Shown: piece after piece, positions 62,987 to 64,000 of the stretch
How the letters are laid out: every line of letters starts with the position of its first letter
Position numbering within the stretch: position 1 is the first letter of the stretch
Origin: Octopus sinensis
Taxonomy: Eukaryota
Length of the DNA: 64,000 nt
Direction of reading: 5' to 3'
Assembly: GCF_006345805.1 (NCBI RefSeq)
Contig: NW_021835988.1
Location: 62,001-126,000, forward strand
Made by a program: the position numbers and the translations under genes
Notes under the pieces: generated by a model
Told to the model about the DNA's origin: nothing
The model's database searches: none
The model's input: only the letters and a program-made list of their open reading frames with translations

Positions 62987-64000
62987 ATGTCTTCTCGCTC
63001 AAATAAGAAAAGTCTTCATTATCAAAACGAATATTTAAAATATGGGTTTATTCAATGTACTGAAGATACAAAACAGCCTGATTGTCAAATTTGTTAATGT
63101 TCTTTCTCAAATGAGGCAATGAAGCCATCACGATTACAGGATCTTTTCAAACCCAAGCACCCGGATAAAATGTCAAAGCCGATTGAATATTTTCAAACTT
63201 TAAAATACAATTTTGAAAATAAGAAAACGATCAAATCGTTATTCACAAAGCCAGTACATGATGGTTATTTAACATTTATATGTAGTTGTGGGTGCGCAGA
63301 TCCATTTTTATAAAATTGCTGAAATTATTGTGAAAACTTCCAGTTCTCATACTATCGCGAAAAATGTAATAATTCCATTGGAAGTAATAATATCGGATGT
63401 AATGCATCAAGATGCTTCTAAAATATTAAAAGTCTATATCTTAGCAATGATTCGATTCGTCAAAGAATTGATGAAATGGGTGATAAAGTAAAAGAAATTC
63501 TTATTGAAAGACTGAATAAGTTTTCTTTACAAATTGATGAAAGGGTTTTTGTAGAGAGTAAAGCTATTTTAATGGGATTTGTGAGGTTATTTTCGAATTT
63601 TTTAATAAAATTTAGGTATTTCGATAATGAATGTGTATTAAATGAGGATTTATTGTTTGTCGAATTATTAGAAACCTGTACAACTGGAATGTCAATATAT
63701 TCCGTAGTAAAAGTGTTTTTAGAAACAAATGAAATATTATTTGAAAATTTGGTTTCCTGTGCGACTGATGCTGCGTTGTCAATGGTTGGAAGATATAAGG
63801 GAATTGTTTTTCTTCTTAAAGATTATCCATGGGTCATTACCGTTCCTTGTATTTTACATCGCCATCAACTGGTGTCGAATATTTTATGTTATGATTTACA
63901 TCAATCTTTAAAAATTGTAATCAAAACAATTAACAAAATAAAAACAAGAAGCAAAGTTTTGTAAGGATGCTGATGAAGATTTTATTCGACTTTTATTACA
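62987..64000 (+). pseudogene. hAT (Buster/ZBED8-like) transposase, disrupted, with micro-introns
   Basis: EYLKYGF..PDCQIC..NEAMKPSRL..KHP, FSLQIDE, CATDAA.SMVGRYKG, CILHRHQL. Confidence 0.85.

Noticed and set aside
1-64000. Stop-codon reassignment to explain broken ORFs
   Set aside because: Micro-intron removal restores frames, and TAA, TAG and TGA all terminate intact genes

Overview
Eukaryotic, almost certainly animal, nuclear DNA (Nav2-type channel, nuclear-receptor zinc finger, WDR37, HSBP1, importin-beta, rabenosyn-5, MRGBP, GLUT). Genes are riddled with 20-33 nt GT/GC-AG introns, which is why the ORF track is so fragmented. That intron size in a metazoan points to a dicyemid-like parasite (inference). 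The window is a TE-dense patchwork: one apparently intact intron-containing pogo/Tigger element, hAT, Ginger-like and Tc1 remnants, more than a dozen CRE-like and about 10 R4/Dong-like RLE retrotransposon pieces (one near full length), an APE-RT LINE, a ~95 bp satellite, two segmental duplications and several orphan intron-retaining host-gene fragments. Best leads: (1) a four-copy family of small secreted LRR proteins, mostly invisible in the ORF track, whose predicted concave beta-strand residues are hypervariable while their introns are nearly identical; (2) micro-introns in transposases that are visibly copies of the adjacent exon (intron gain by local duplication); (3) an extreme GT/CA strand skew that reverses in the middle of the importin-beta gene and reshapes its amino-acid composition. 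All gene models, alignments and counts were made by eye; family names come from recalled motifs, not database searches.
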